A stretch of DNA of 64,000 bases from a virus. Its lineage: Duplodnaviria > Caudoviricetes. The translations under genes and the position numbers were made by a program. Under the pieces are notes generated by a model. The model searched no databases. It was not told the DNA's origin and saw only the letters and a program-made list of their open reading frames with translations. Each line of letters begins with the position of its first letter. Within the stretch, counting starts at the first letter, position 1. The DNA lies in the IMG/VR virus record IMGVR_UViG_3300026549_000895, positions 1 through 64,000 of that record; one strand, 5' to 3'. Below are positions 1 to 9,402 of the stretch, piece by piece.

Positions 1-52
1 AAGGATTGACCAATGATGAAGAGGCAAATCCAACTGTATAAAAAGAAAAAAG

Positions 53-78
53 ATAACCCCACCAATCGGTGGGGTTAT
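53..78. terminator. Bidirectional intrinsic terminator between convergent genes
   Basis: ataaccccacc-aatc-ggtggggttat hairpin flanked by A- and T-tracts. Confidence 0.8.
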
Positions 79-79
79 T

Positions 80-256
80 TTAATCTTCATCAAGCTCAGC
101 AAGAAGATCATCGAGCTTATAAACCCGGTGATTCTTCTCTGCCTCTTCGATGGCTGTTTTGATAGCAATCTTGATGATATCAGTTAATTGCTTTCTTTCA
201 ATAAGAGCCATTGTTATCAATGGATCAAATGATACAATAATGATATTTTCAGTCAT
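80..256 (-). CDS. Small hypothetical protein (58 aa, not in ORF track)
   Basis: Manually read ATG at 256 to TAA at 80 (MTENIIIVSFDPL...LLAELDED); directly downstream of 259..675 and ends at the terminator. Confidence 0.6.
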   Translation of the reverse strand: MTENIIIVSFDPLITMALIERKQLTDIIKIAIKTAIEEAEKNHRVYKLDDLLAELDED

Positions 257-258
257 AT

Positions 259-675
259 TTATTCGCCTTCCTTTCTAATCTCAAGTCCATATTTGTCTTT
301 AAGGACGTTTACGATTTCTGTGGCTGATGCTTTGCCACAATTTCTGAATGCCGCAATTTCTGAATACGAATAATTGGTTAATTCTCTTATAGTTTTTATA
401 CCCGCACGTTTTATGGAGTTATAAGACCTTACTGATATTTGATTAAACAAAGCTTCGATAGATTCATCAATGATATCTTTCTCCTTGATGGAAGGTATGA
501 TACCGGTAATTTTCTCGATCAAGATCGGTAATTCGATCTCGATTTTAGTAACAGTATTGTCTTTCCAAACAATTCTACTTGTTTTCTTTGTCGGCGCATC
601 TACCATCCGTATATCATCTCTGTTGAGAAGATATACTTTACAATCAGCATCCTGAATCATTATCATATTATTCAT
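259..675 (-). CDS. Protein with C-terminal RNA polymerase alpha-CTD-like domain
   Basis: ISVRSYNSIKRAGIKTIREL...FRNCGKASATEI matches the RpoA CTD pattern [20 protein letters not shown]...RNLGRKSLEEV; N-terminus is not RpoA-NTD. Confidence 0.8.
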   Translation of the reverse strand: MNNMIMIQDADCKVYLLNRDDIRMVDAPTKKTSRIVWKDNTVTKIEIELPILIEKITGIIPSIKEKDIIDESIEALFNQISVRSYNSIKRAGIKTIRELTNYSYSEIAAFRNCGKASATEIVNVLKDKYGLEIRKEGE

Positions 676-762
676 AAGATTCCTTTCTTTAGGTCATTGA
701 CCCTACCTGAAATTACGGTTTTCAGTGGACCGTATTTCGAATAGTAATATATTATATTCTAT

Positions 763-787
763 TCATATTAATAATATATATTTGAAA
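763..787 (-). promoter_or_regulatory. Putative early phage promoter
   Basis: Minus strand TTTCAAATATATATTATTAATATGA, same motif as at 39734-39758 and 61922-61945; resembles TATATTA-type early promoters of phiKZ/AR9-like phages. Confidence 0.65.
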
Positions 788-875
788 AGTCAGAATATTA
801 TTTATACAAAAAATATACTTAAAATTATAAGTAAATCATAACCGGGATCGAAATGATTTATGCGAATGGAGTTAA

Positions 876-971
876 TTATCCGCAGAATATAGCGGAATCA
901 TCAACTATTACGGTACCATCAGAGGTACCAGCGGTGTTTGTGTTGCCACTTGTGATAATAATTTCACCCAC
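876..971 (-). CDS. 31-aa peptide MGEIIITSGNTNTAGTSDGTVIVDDSAIFCG (not in ORF track)
   Basis: AAGAAGGTGA RBS, GTG at 971, TAA at 876; downstream of a promoter motif at ~1082-1105. Confidence 0.55.
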   Translation of the reverse strand: MGEIIITSGNTNTAGTSDGTVIVDDSAIFCG

Positions 972-1145
972 AGTATCACCTTCTTTATGTAATAGACTTG
1001 ACCGGTTATGATTATACTTATATGGGAACTGACCTTATCATTGATGGATACTGCTTTATCCATCAATGATAATTCCCATTAACATATTAAATATATAAAT
1101 ATGAAAAGTCAAAATGTCCCTCAATAGCATAGATAATTATAGTCA

Positions 1146-1166
1146 TCCCCCGGATAATCCGGGGGA
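1146..1166. terminator. Intrinsic terminator after the helicase gene
   Basis: tcccccgga-taa-tccggggga hairpin. Confidence 0.7.
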
Positions 1167-1177
1167 CAATATAATTA

Positions 1178-2970
1178 TTATTTTCTCAAATCGGGAAGCA
1201 TCTTGAATTGTTTATGAACACCTGGGAAGTATTGTAAGACTGAACGTCTTTCTCTTCCCCAGTTCTGGAATGTTTTAGCATACTTAACAACATCCATGAC
1301 ATCGACATGATAACACTCGTAACCCCTGTCGCGATTTCTACCAACTATTTGCTCGCTGATGATAGGTGAACTATATTGGTCAAAGTTGATTAATAATGAA
1401 AGATTCTTAACATCAACACCAGTACCAAGAGATTGTGATGTTGATAATATTAATTCTCCTTCATCAAGATTAGCCATCTTTTCAGCTATCTTTAATCTAC
1501 CATCAACCGCAACGATGTGAGTGTTATCGAAGTATGGATCCTTACTCATTTCTTCAATAAGTTTCTCCATTATACGAATCATTGGAACAAGTATAATGGC
1601 TTTCTTATTTCTGACTTCTTCAGGAAGGATAGCTTTCATGCGTTTATACACTGTGAATATATTCGATATAAAAGGAACTCCTCCTTGGTATGCCATAAGA
1701 GCATTGTAATATGTAGGCTTTATCAAGCCCTTTGTTCCATACTTGAAGTATTCATCACATAATTGACGAGGAAGATTGTAGTAACAATCCTGAAGATATA
1801 CATTGATATATTCTTTTTGATATTCAACATATTTGGAAGAACCTACAAATCGTTGTGCATCCAACAAAGATCTATTCAGGATTTTGTCTTCCATTTCATC
1901 AGATCTACCTAACGTAGCTGATAGATACCAATTACGTTTGATATTACAAATGGCATCAAATTTAAGAATGCCTTTAAGATGAAGATGTGCTTCATCTATT
2001 ATCTTTATTCCGAAATCTGCCTGTTTGATAACTTTCATCAAACCGTTCCAGTCGTCTCTCATAGCATTTTCTAATGATGTTATGGTAACAACACAGAACT
2101 TATGAGATGGAGCTTCATAAATATTGTTTGTAATATCTTCCTTTGGAATTCCTTCATTGATGAATTCATCAGTCCATTGTGATTTGAGAAGTGTTGTTGG
2201 AGCAACTATCAAAGGTTTCAATCCAAGTTTGGATATTGAATACAACGCTATGAACGTTTTACCGCGTACGTTCAAACGCCTGGCTATATCATCATCTTGA
2301 TTTGCATCAAGAGCCCACCGCTTCGGGATATAAATCCCTAATGTATTAAATCATACAATAGCCGACGAACTTTACCCTATTCGGGTCTTAGCTGCTGATT
2401 GCTCATTCTTACAGTATTTAGGATTTAACCATGTACCATCCCAATGTTTCTTTCTACTTTCGTCGCATTCACGCTTATGCATATTTCATCATTACGTTGT
2501 AGCACATTGGACATTAGAGTCATCGTCCCAGCAATTCAATGGAGAGTACTTTACACACAGATCACTCTATGCGGGTGCCGGTAATAAGGTTCAACACCAG
2601 GTTTAAGTTCGCATGTTATTTTGTGAGAATTAGAAGTGGTTAATACTTTGATACAATCTTTTTGTAATTCAGAACGAGGTTCTCTCGTTGAACCCAAAGA
2701 GATTGTCTTTCCATTTGATGGAGTTATTTCCTTCTTCCATTTTGTTTCTCTTCTGATAACATCATCTGCAATATTCAGAAATCCCGAAGATATGTATAAG
2801 ACATCTCGTTCATGACCGAATATAGGAGGTCTGTCAGGGTCATTACCCGAGTAGATGAAGAATTCTCTGACGGGTTGTTTCAAAGAGAAGTATTGCAGAA
2901 CCTTCCTTTTGATTTCATCAGAAGGTTCTTTTATAATACATCCTGTAGTTGTCTTCTCTACTTTCATCAC
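1178..2970 (-). CDS. Superfamily 2 (UvsW/XPB-like) helicase, spliced: exon1 2970-2594, exon2 2264-1178, 487 aa
   Basis: Splicing restores Walker A ELKPGVGKT; DEAH (IIDEAH), motif III LSAT, motif V GTGVDV, motif VI QIVGRNRD. Confidence 0.9.
2265..2593 (-). mobile_element. Group I intron, ORF-less, 329 nt
   Basis: Exon ends in U, intron ends in G; IGS UUACCG-GCACC pairs with 5' exon GGUGU (U.G at splice site) and 3' exon CGGUAA; core elements AAUUGCUGGGA, AAUCAGCAG, P7 GGCUA/UAGCC. Confidence 0.92.
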
Positions 2971-2971
2971 A

Positions 2972-5359
2972 TCACATCAACTCCTCACCCTCGTCCGGAA
3001 TATAATCATCCGCGACATTCTTTCCGTCATCCTGTTTGATGAGTTTTTGTTGAGCTGCTCTTTGACGTGCTGTCTTAAGAAGTTCTTCAATCTTCTCAGG
3101 ATCAATACCGGGAATATGTTCAGCGATCAGGAGCTTATAGAACTCACGCGCTGTCTCAGTCATTGAATCACCATCAGCAGCCAATTCTTCCTTGGTCATG
3201 AAGATAGGTCCTAAGAGATCCTTCATACCATTGAAATTGCTGATAAGTTCATTGTTAACAGCAAGAGCCTTCTGCTGTGATGAGTTGAACTTGAATTTCA
3301 AGAATTGTAATATTGTAGGATCAATGTCAGTTGTCCAACGAAGTATCAAACGGTAAGCCTTTGTAACCGAAGGATTCAATTCAATCTTCGCTGAAGATAC
3401 GAATGAATTTACTTTAGTATTTGCCAACTCAACTTCCTTGGCAAATTCCATTTCGGACATAGCACCTTGAATCATTGCAGATGGAATCGGTTGAGCATTG
3501 ATTGCCTCATTCTTGATATTATCCATAAGCTCAGTATTGATCGGAGCGTCAGAACCAGGAATGTTTTCAATCTCAATCGGAGGGATGTCATTGGTACCCA
3601 TTGGCAATGTCAACATTGAGCCGCCTTGTATCTTACCCATCGACTGACGATAGTTGAATATGTCATTTGCAACTACTTTACGAGAAACGAACTTTCTGAT
3701 GATGCTATTGATAGTAGCTTGATAGTTCTGATCCATACCAGATTGACGAACTTTAATAACTCTCAAAGTTCCATTGTTAATCTGGAACAATACGGAATAG
3801 AGCTTCAAGAACATATACATTCTTGCAGAACACAAACATGGCTCGAGCATTGAATGTCCTTTACCCAAACCATCTTTGTTTATACTGAACTGGACAACGT
3901 GCTCAGCAGGTATGAATATAAATCTCAACATTGCCTGTTGGAATTTATGAGCTTCAAGGATAGCAACTATTTCATCATGCAATCCAGCATTATCTCTCAT
4001 GAATTTGAGATCAAAGTTCTCGATAATCTTTGTAGCAAGTCTATCACAGAATAATCTATCTGGTGCAAAAGTATCATAACCCATTGCAGGTGATCTAAGA
4101 GTATAACCACCCAATCCAGAGTTCTTTCTTTGACCAGATTCCTCAGGACGAGTCATATCAGATACATAGTAATATCCTATAATCGTTCTATCAATTCTGA
4201 TAGGAACCATCTTTGTTGAAGGAATCATCTTAAGATATATACCGGGTATGTGAGAGAACTCCTTTGATATTGAATCGGTATTAACAGGGTCTGTTGAATC
4301 ATTCATTACAGATTCAAATATGGTTTCAGCTTTATCAGCCTTTTCATCCTTATATTGTTCTCTGTAAACTGCCTTTAATGCTTCTTCACTTGCTTCAATA
4401 ACAGGAATGGAAACATTCTCTTTTACGCAATGAATATTAGCATTTGCTTCTCTTAAATATCTATCGTAAAGAGGTTTTAAATCTTCCTTTTCTTTTTTAT
4501 CATCAGCAAATGAAAAATCATTATACATGTCATCAAATTCAGCTTCTGTGAATATCGGAACTTCCTTTGTTACCTGAACTTTCTTTCTTGTAACAGGATC
4601 CTCTACTGATTCTTGAACGAATGTAGTATCACCTAAAGATACCTCAACAACGTGTTCTCCATATCCAAAGCCGTTCATAACGGATGAATTATCGTAGTCA
4701 TCCCATCCCAGAGAAGCGTTGTTCTTACCTTTCTTTGATGATTTTCCACTACTCTTGTACTTCCATAAGTCTTCAAATACCTTTGCATACGGAACTGCAT
4801 ACAAGTATGATTCTCCATATAACAAAGCATCATTAACAATATGATTCTTTATGATTTGATGGAGTTCCAAATCCTCTTCGACTTTCTGTATCTTTGACAT
4901 GACAGTGTCCATCTCATTTTCAGATACTTTGGAATGGTCGAATTTTATAGTTCTGGATAATGTGCCATCAACATAATCAGCTTCGCAAATCATATCTCTT
5001 GCGAGTTGCACAGCTGTAAACAATTCAGGAATCTGAGATATAATCAAATCGAGATCTTCACGAAGAGCTATATCAGCCATGGTTGTAACAGGTAAGAAGG
5101 AAGCATCTTTTAATTCATTAGGAATGGAAGCTAATTCATAAGAACCTGTTCCGTCTTTCATTTTAATCTGACCAACCTTCTCAACGAATGTCAGATTGGT
5201 TGATAGATTATACTGATTAAGTGTCTTTGTTATGGTATCCCGTATTTCATGAGTTATATCTTCTTTATCAGCATATTCTGATTTATCAATACCAAGATCA
5301 TCCATCAAGCCATCGATTAATATTCTTTTACTTGATTCTGCTTTTGCCACAATTATCAC
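2972..5359 (-). CDS. Portal protein
   Basis: 795 aa; GHSMLEPC..SARMYMFLKLYSVLFQ...LRVIKV resembles the T4 gp20-type stem/clip; DALLYGESYLY wing motif; structural context. Confidence 0.7.
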   Translation of the reverse strand: MIIVAKAESSKRILIDGLMDDLGIDKSEYADKEDITHEIRDTITKTLNQYNLSTNLTFVEKVGQIKMKDGTGSYELASIPNELKDASFLPVTTMADIALREDLDLIISQIPELFTAVQLARDMICEADYVDGTLSRTIKFDHSKVSENEMDTVMSKIQKVEEDLELHQIIKNHIVNDALLYGESYLYAVPYAKVFEDLWKYKSSGKSSKKGKNNASLGWDDYDNSSVMNGFGYGEHVVEVSLGDTTFVQESVEDPVTRKKVQVTKEVPIFTEAEFDDMYNDFSFADDKKEKEDLKPLYDRYLREANANIHCVKENVSIPVIEASEEALKAVYREQYKDEKADKAETIFESVMNDSTDPVNTDSISKEFSHIPGIYLKMIPSTKMVPIRIDRTIIGYYYVSDMTRPEESGQRKNSGLGGYTLRSPAMGYDTFAPDRLFCDRLATKIIENFDLKFMRDNAGLHDEIVAILEAHKFQQAMLRFIFIPAEHVVQFSINKDGLGKGHSMLEPCLCSARMYMFLKLYSVLFQINNGTLRVIKVRQSGMDQNYQATINSIIRKFVSRKVVANDIFNYRQSMGKIQGGSMLTLPMGTNDIPPIEIENIPGSDAPINTELMDNIKNEAINAQPIPSAMIQGAMSEMEFAKEVELANTKVNSFVSSAKIELNPSVTKAYRLILRWTTDIDPTILQFLKFKFNSSQQKALAVNNELISNFNGMKDLLGPIFMTKEELAADGDSMTETAREFYKLLIAEHIPGIDPEKIEELLKTARQRAAQQKLIKQDDGKNVADDYIPDEGEELM

Positions 5360-5372
5360 TTCCTTTCATAAT

Positions 5373-6983
5373 TTATTTCAAGCTTGCAATTTTATCGGTA
5401 TTCTTTGAATTATTAACAATACCCATATTTGCACGAAGATCCATTAATTCATTCTTTGTTGGCATGAATTTTATATATGGAACATATCGTTTTATATCTC
5501 TACCGATATCAGGACCTACTGCATTTTCCGCCATTACTATATAAGGTGAACCAGTAAACATTCCAGCAGCACCAATGTATTTTGGCATTACTTCATCGGT
5601 CGTATCTTTGATTAAGAAATCTAATGATGATTCCAAATCAGTAGTTTCTGTGAAAGCTTTACCGTATCGATTACAAAGTCCGGCATTATAATTGAACTCT
5701 ATGAATGATCTATTTCGATTTGCCTCTCTGTATTGATAAGCAAACTCGGCAGTTACTTGTAATCCGCCATCACCAGAAATAGGTCCGTTCTTTTCATTTG
5801 GCATTTTCAAAGATACTGAAGTTGGGAATACACCGAAATATTTCTCCCAAGAAATAATTCTTGAACCTGTTTCATCTGTTACTATATTAAATAGAGAACA
5901 AGGATAATCCAATGCTCTATCAAATGGATGATATGTTCCGGTTTTATCATTGCTGAATTTGAACTTATTTCCAGCATTCGGGAAGTAATTCTCGTATTGA
6001 TATCCATTATAAGAAGGAAGCAAATATCCCATGGTGAGCTTGTATTCATACATTATCCACATTCTGATGAATTCATAAACATCCAAGTTACGAGTTTCAT
6101 TAAATGTCAATGATAATGTAGCACCTTTCAAAGATTCCAAAACATTGTTTGGTAATTGAAAAGATGCATTCTCAATAAGGTTCAATTTGTCATCAGTATT
6201 AGACATTCCTTGAACTGCATTACTGAGCAAGAAGTTCCAATTGTGTTGAATGATAGAATCATATCCAACTGTGCCAGTTACATAAACCGGTGACAGTAGC
6301 ATAGAAATGTGCGGCATTCTCATAAATGAGGAAGCAAAATCTTCATCTGATTCACATTGTTGAGATAATTGAACATTTCCATTTTTGGTAGACATTATAT
6401 AGCATTCAGGTCTGGTAAAGAATATATGACGGAAACCCTTACGGAAAGCTATGTTAGCATCCGGAGTTTTGGTTCTATTATATAATCTGAATGAACGAGT
6501 CAAAGCCTCACTGACACCTGAATACAAAAATGGATGTATTGGTGATAAAGGAGGAACTGCTTTATCGTTTCCAAGTTTCTCACGAACCGTTTCAATGTCA
6601 TAAGTATCAAGACCAAAGTTTTGCATGGTCTCAACTGCAGGATCATCCAGAGGATTTCTGTGAGTTGTTGCACCGGAGTAAACAGGCACTTCTGTACCAT
6701 CATCTTTGGTAATCTTTACAGGCAAATCTTCCTGACCTGGAACATTGACATCTCTCGTGAAATGTTCACTGGCGTCTTTTATCAAGAACTCGGGTTTACT
6801 ATTCTCGATAGGTTGATAACCTTTCAACTCCATATGATCTTCAGGAGTCAGTTCTTTATAGTTCTTTGTTCTTTGATACGAAGTGTTACCTATCCAAATA
6901 TTCTCCTTTTGTTGTATAGGTGATACGAACAAAGGTCCATCCGATTTTGGATAACCTGAATCATTATTGTTGTTATTAGCCAT
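5373..6983 (-). CDS. Virion structural protein, tail-tube-like fold (tube initiator/baseplate)
   Basis: HIFFTRP, LSLTFNET...FIRMW, LDYPCSLF...KYFGVFPTSV patterns typical of gp19/gp54-like proteins. Confidence 0.55.
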   Translation of the reverse strand: MANNNNNDSGYPKSDGPLFVSPIQQKENIWIGNTSYQRTKNYKELTPEDHMELKGYQPIENSKPEFLIKDASEHFTRDVNVPGQEDLPVKITKDDGTEVPVYSGATTHRNPLDDPAVETMQNFGLDTYDIETVREKLGNDKAVPPLSPIHPFLYSGVSEALTRSFRLYNRTKTPDANIAFRKGFRHIFFTRPECYIMSTKNGNVQLSQQCESDEDFASSFMRMPHISMLLSPVYVTGTVGYDSIIQHNWNFLLSNAVQGMSNTDDKLNLIENASFQLPNNVLESLKGATLSLTFNETRNLDVYEFIRMWIMYEYKLTMGYLLPSYNGYQYENYFPNAGNKFKFSNDKTGTYHPFDRALDYPCSLFNIVTDETGSRIISWEKYFGVFPTSVSLKMPNEKNGPISGDGGLQVTAEFAYQYREANRNRSFIEFNYNAGLCNRYGKAFTETTDLESSLDFLIKDTTDEVMPKYIGAAGMFTGSPYIVMAENAVGPDIGRDIKRYVPYIKFMPTKNELMDLRANMGIVNNSKNTDKIASLK

Positions 6984-7028
6984 TGAGAATCCTCCTCCTT
7001 TCTTTATTTAATTTGACTTTCATAATCA

Positions 7029-7988
7029 TCATCCTATCGACTGGTTCAACAGTGTCAGAACCGATTTAGTTACATCCTTTACAACTCTATTCAGACCGAA
7101 CTGAGTCAGAGCAGATTTGTAATTTGCCGATGTTACAACGAGGAACAAGTACTGAAGATTTTCTAATGCGAACACAATACTCATTCCACAACAACTATTG
7201 AACATTGAGAGATACTGTGTACTCAGATCTTTATATCTAATAGGATTGATTTTCTTTATCAATTCCAAATATGTCATGAAGTTGTTATCAGGCATTGCCT
7301 TAACTTCTTCAACAACAGTCTTTATCAAAGTAGAATCTATCTTGTCAGCAATGATAGATTTTACAGGCAATGAAGCAGCATCCAAGGAATCCTTACCATC
7401 AATGCAACTGTAGAAATATGCGATTGTATACAGCATTGCCTTTGTGAGATTTTCACCTTTCATGTATAATCTCTGTTCCATAGGCGATGTTGTCATTATG
7501 GTATATACCCAACACATCTTCTGCATGAGAGATCTGTTCATTGTGAACTTGTTAGGATGCTTTACTAAGTTCAGAGCAAGATAACCAGCTTCCATTACAG
7601 TAAGAAGATTTCTATACTCAGAAGATGATGTTATGTTCTTCATAAAGGAAGAAGCAAAAACGAATACCTTCTGGTCATTTCCAACCTTTGTAACAAGGAA
7701 AGGAATTGTAGAAGGAACGCTTTTGATATTGGACTGGAATTCCTTATTGAAATGAATTATGATATCTCCTTTTTCAAAAGCACTGACAACTTTCTTAGCA
7801 AGAGCATCGCCGTTCAGTTTCATCAGAGATAATATCTCCGTAAGAGTTTCCTTTGTAACAAAATGTGATTTGTCTTTGAGAGCCGCTAACACATTTGCTT
7901 TTACAGAAGGCTGCTCATATTGTTTCTTAAATAATGAAGTTTCCGAAAGCTTCGGAAGGGCTTGTTCAGTTACGAACGTAATAGCCAT
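7029..7988 (-). CDS. Hypothetical protein, probably virion-associated
   Basis: Start reassigned to ATG 7988 (MAITFVTEQ) after AAAGGA RBS; first gene of the unit containing portal. Confidence 0.5.
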   Translation of the reverse strand: MAITFVTEQALPKLSETSLFKKQYEQPSVKANVLAALKDKSHFVTKETLTEILSLMKLNGDALAKKVVSAFEKGDIIIHFNKEFQSNIKSVPSTIPFLVTKVGNDQKVFVFASSFMKNITSSSEYRNLLTVMEAGYLALNLVKHPNKFTMNRSLMQKMCWVYTIMTTSPMEQRLYMKGENLTKAMLYTIAYFYSCIDGKDSLDAASLPVKSIIADKIDSTLIKTVVEEVKAMPDNNFMTYLELIKKINPIRYKDLSTQYLSMFNSCCGMSIVFALENLQYLFLVVTSANYKSALTQFGLNRVVKDVTKSVLTLLNQSIG

Positions 7989-8117
7989 AAAATCAGTCCT
8001 TTCAATATAATTTATTTTAATTTCGATCAAATAGTCTATCGAAGATTACTGGTGCGTTTTGAAAATATCCCCGGCGGAAAACCGCCGGTTAACATTTTCA
8101 TAGAAGGTGGTTATAAA

Positions 8118-9383
8118 ATGAGTATAAGTTATTCGACATTATATCGAGTATCAATGTCGATACTAACACCAGGAGAATCCTTTACGGTCACTCCATCAGA
8201 CATTGTCTCGATATCTATTATAAATGAATATGACACGAACACGTATCCTATTGTACGTATTCGATTATATACTGATATATCTACTTATCATACCATGATA
8301 GAGTATCCGCATGATATTTCCATAAACATGAATCTGGATGGCGGTATCTACAAGATGGCTGAACAAACTGATGAAAGCAAGTCTCCTCAACTTGTAAGAG
8401 CCTCAAAAAGTATCAACATCAGTATGCAAGGATATATTGAGAAAAAGAATGCTCCTTCTTCAAAATTCGATGATTACGAAAATGGAATCAAGAAAAATAG
8501 TTCTCTGAATACTTCCGTAAAAGTTCCAATCGAATTATATGGATACAATGAAATGCTGACTCACAAAATGCGACAAAGAGTTCAGAGTGTTTACAAAGAT
8601 TTATCATTACAAACAACTCTTGAGAATTGTTTCCGTAAGAATGACATATTAGATTTTGAAATAGAAACCATTCAGAATGCAAAGAAATGGGATCAAATAT
8701 TAATTCCAAATCTTTCATGTCGTGACGCTGTCATATTTCTTGACACTCAGTATGGTTTATATGATAAAGGCGGTTTGATATTCGGAGATTGGGATGGTAT
8801 TAAAGTTTGTTCATCCAATGTTGATAATGGAAAGAAAACAATACCAATCTATGTTGATTCAAAAGATTCAAATTCCGATATGTCTGGTATGCAAAAATAC
8901 GGTGATACATTCATGATGGTAACACAAGCTCCAAATGTGAATGTATTAACAGAAACTGATATCGAAAGAGTGTTCAATTCATATTATGTTGATGATATAA
9001 ATCTGGATACTCACGAAGTGAATATTGGTACTTTGAAGAAATTGTATTCTTCAGACTATGGTAGTAGACTTGCCATAAGGACGATAGACCGTACTAAAGA
9101 ATTAGCAATACCGGATATTCTTCACAAGAGTTCATCACCATATGTTGTCAATACTTATATTGCAAGATTAATCGAGAATGTTACAAGAGTCGATGTGTCA
9201 GGTGCTGGATTTGATATTACACAATTCACGGTTGATAATCGATTCAATCTAATCTTTAAATCACCAATACGAGGTGTTGATATGAATACTCGATACAGAG
9301 CAAGATATGTTAATCATGTATTGGGAAACATTGATTCTGATTTATTTTCACCAACGACAACATTGTCGTTATGTTCTAATTAA
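8118..9383 (+). CDS. Putative baseplate hub-like virion protein
   Basis: Start at ATG 8118 after GAAGGTGG; beta-rich ~420 aa; function inferred from size, pattern and context only. Confidence 0.4.
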   Translation: MSISYSTLYRVSMSILTPGESFTVTPSDIVSISIINEYDTNTYPIVRIRLYTDISTYHTMIEYPHDISINMNLDGGIYKMAEQTDESKSPQLVRASKSINISMQGYIEKKNAPSSKFDDYENGIKKNSSLNTSVKVPIELYGYNEMLTHKMRQRVQSVYKDLSLQTTLENCFRKNDILDFEIETIQNAKKWDQILIPNLSCRDAVIFLDTQYGLYDKGGLIFGDWDGIKVCSSNVDNGKKTIPIYVDSKDSNSDMSGMQKYGDTFMMVTQAPNVNVLTETDIERVFNSYYVDDINLDTHEVNIGTLKKLYSSDYGSRLAIRTIDRTKELAIPDILHKSSSPYVVNTYIARLIENVTRVDVSGAGFDITQFTVDNRFNLIFKSPIRGVDMNTRYRARYVNHVLGNIDSDLFSPTTTLSLCSN

Positions 9384-9402
9384 CGAAAGGAGTATGATAT
9401 AA

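Noticed and set aside
2265-2593. Helicase split as frameshift, pseudogene or intein
   Set aside because: Complete group I core and IGS pairing explain the break, and splicing restores the frame and Walker A
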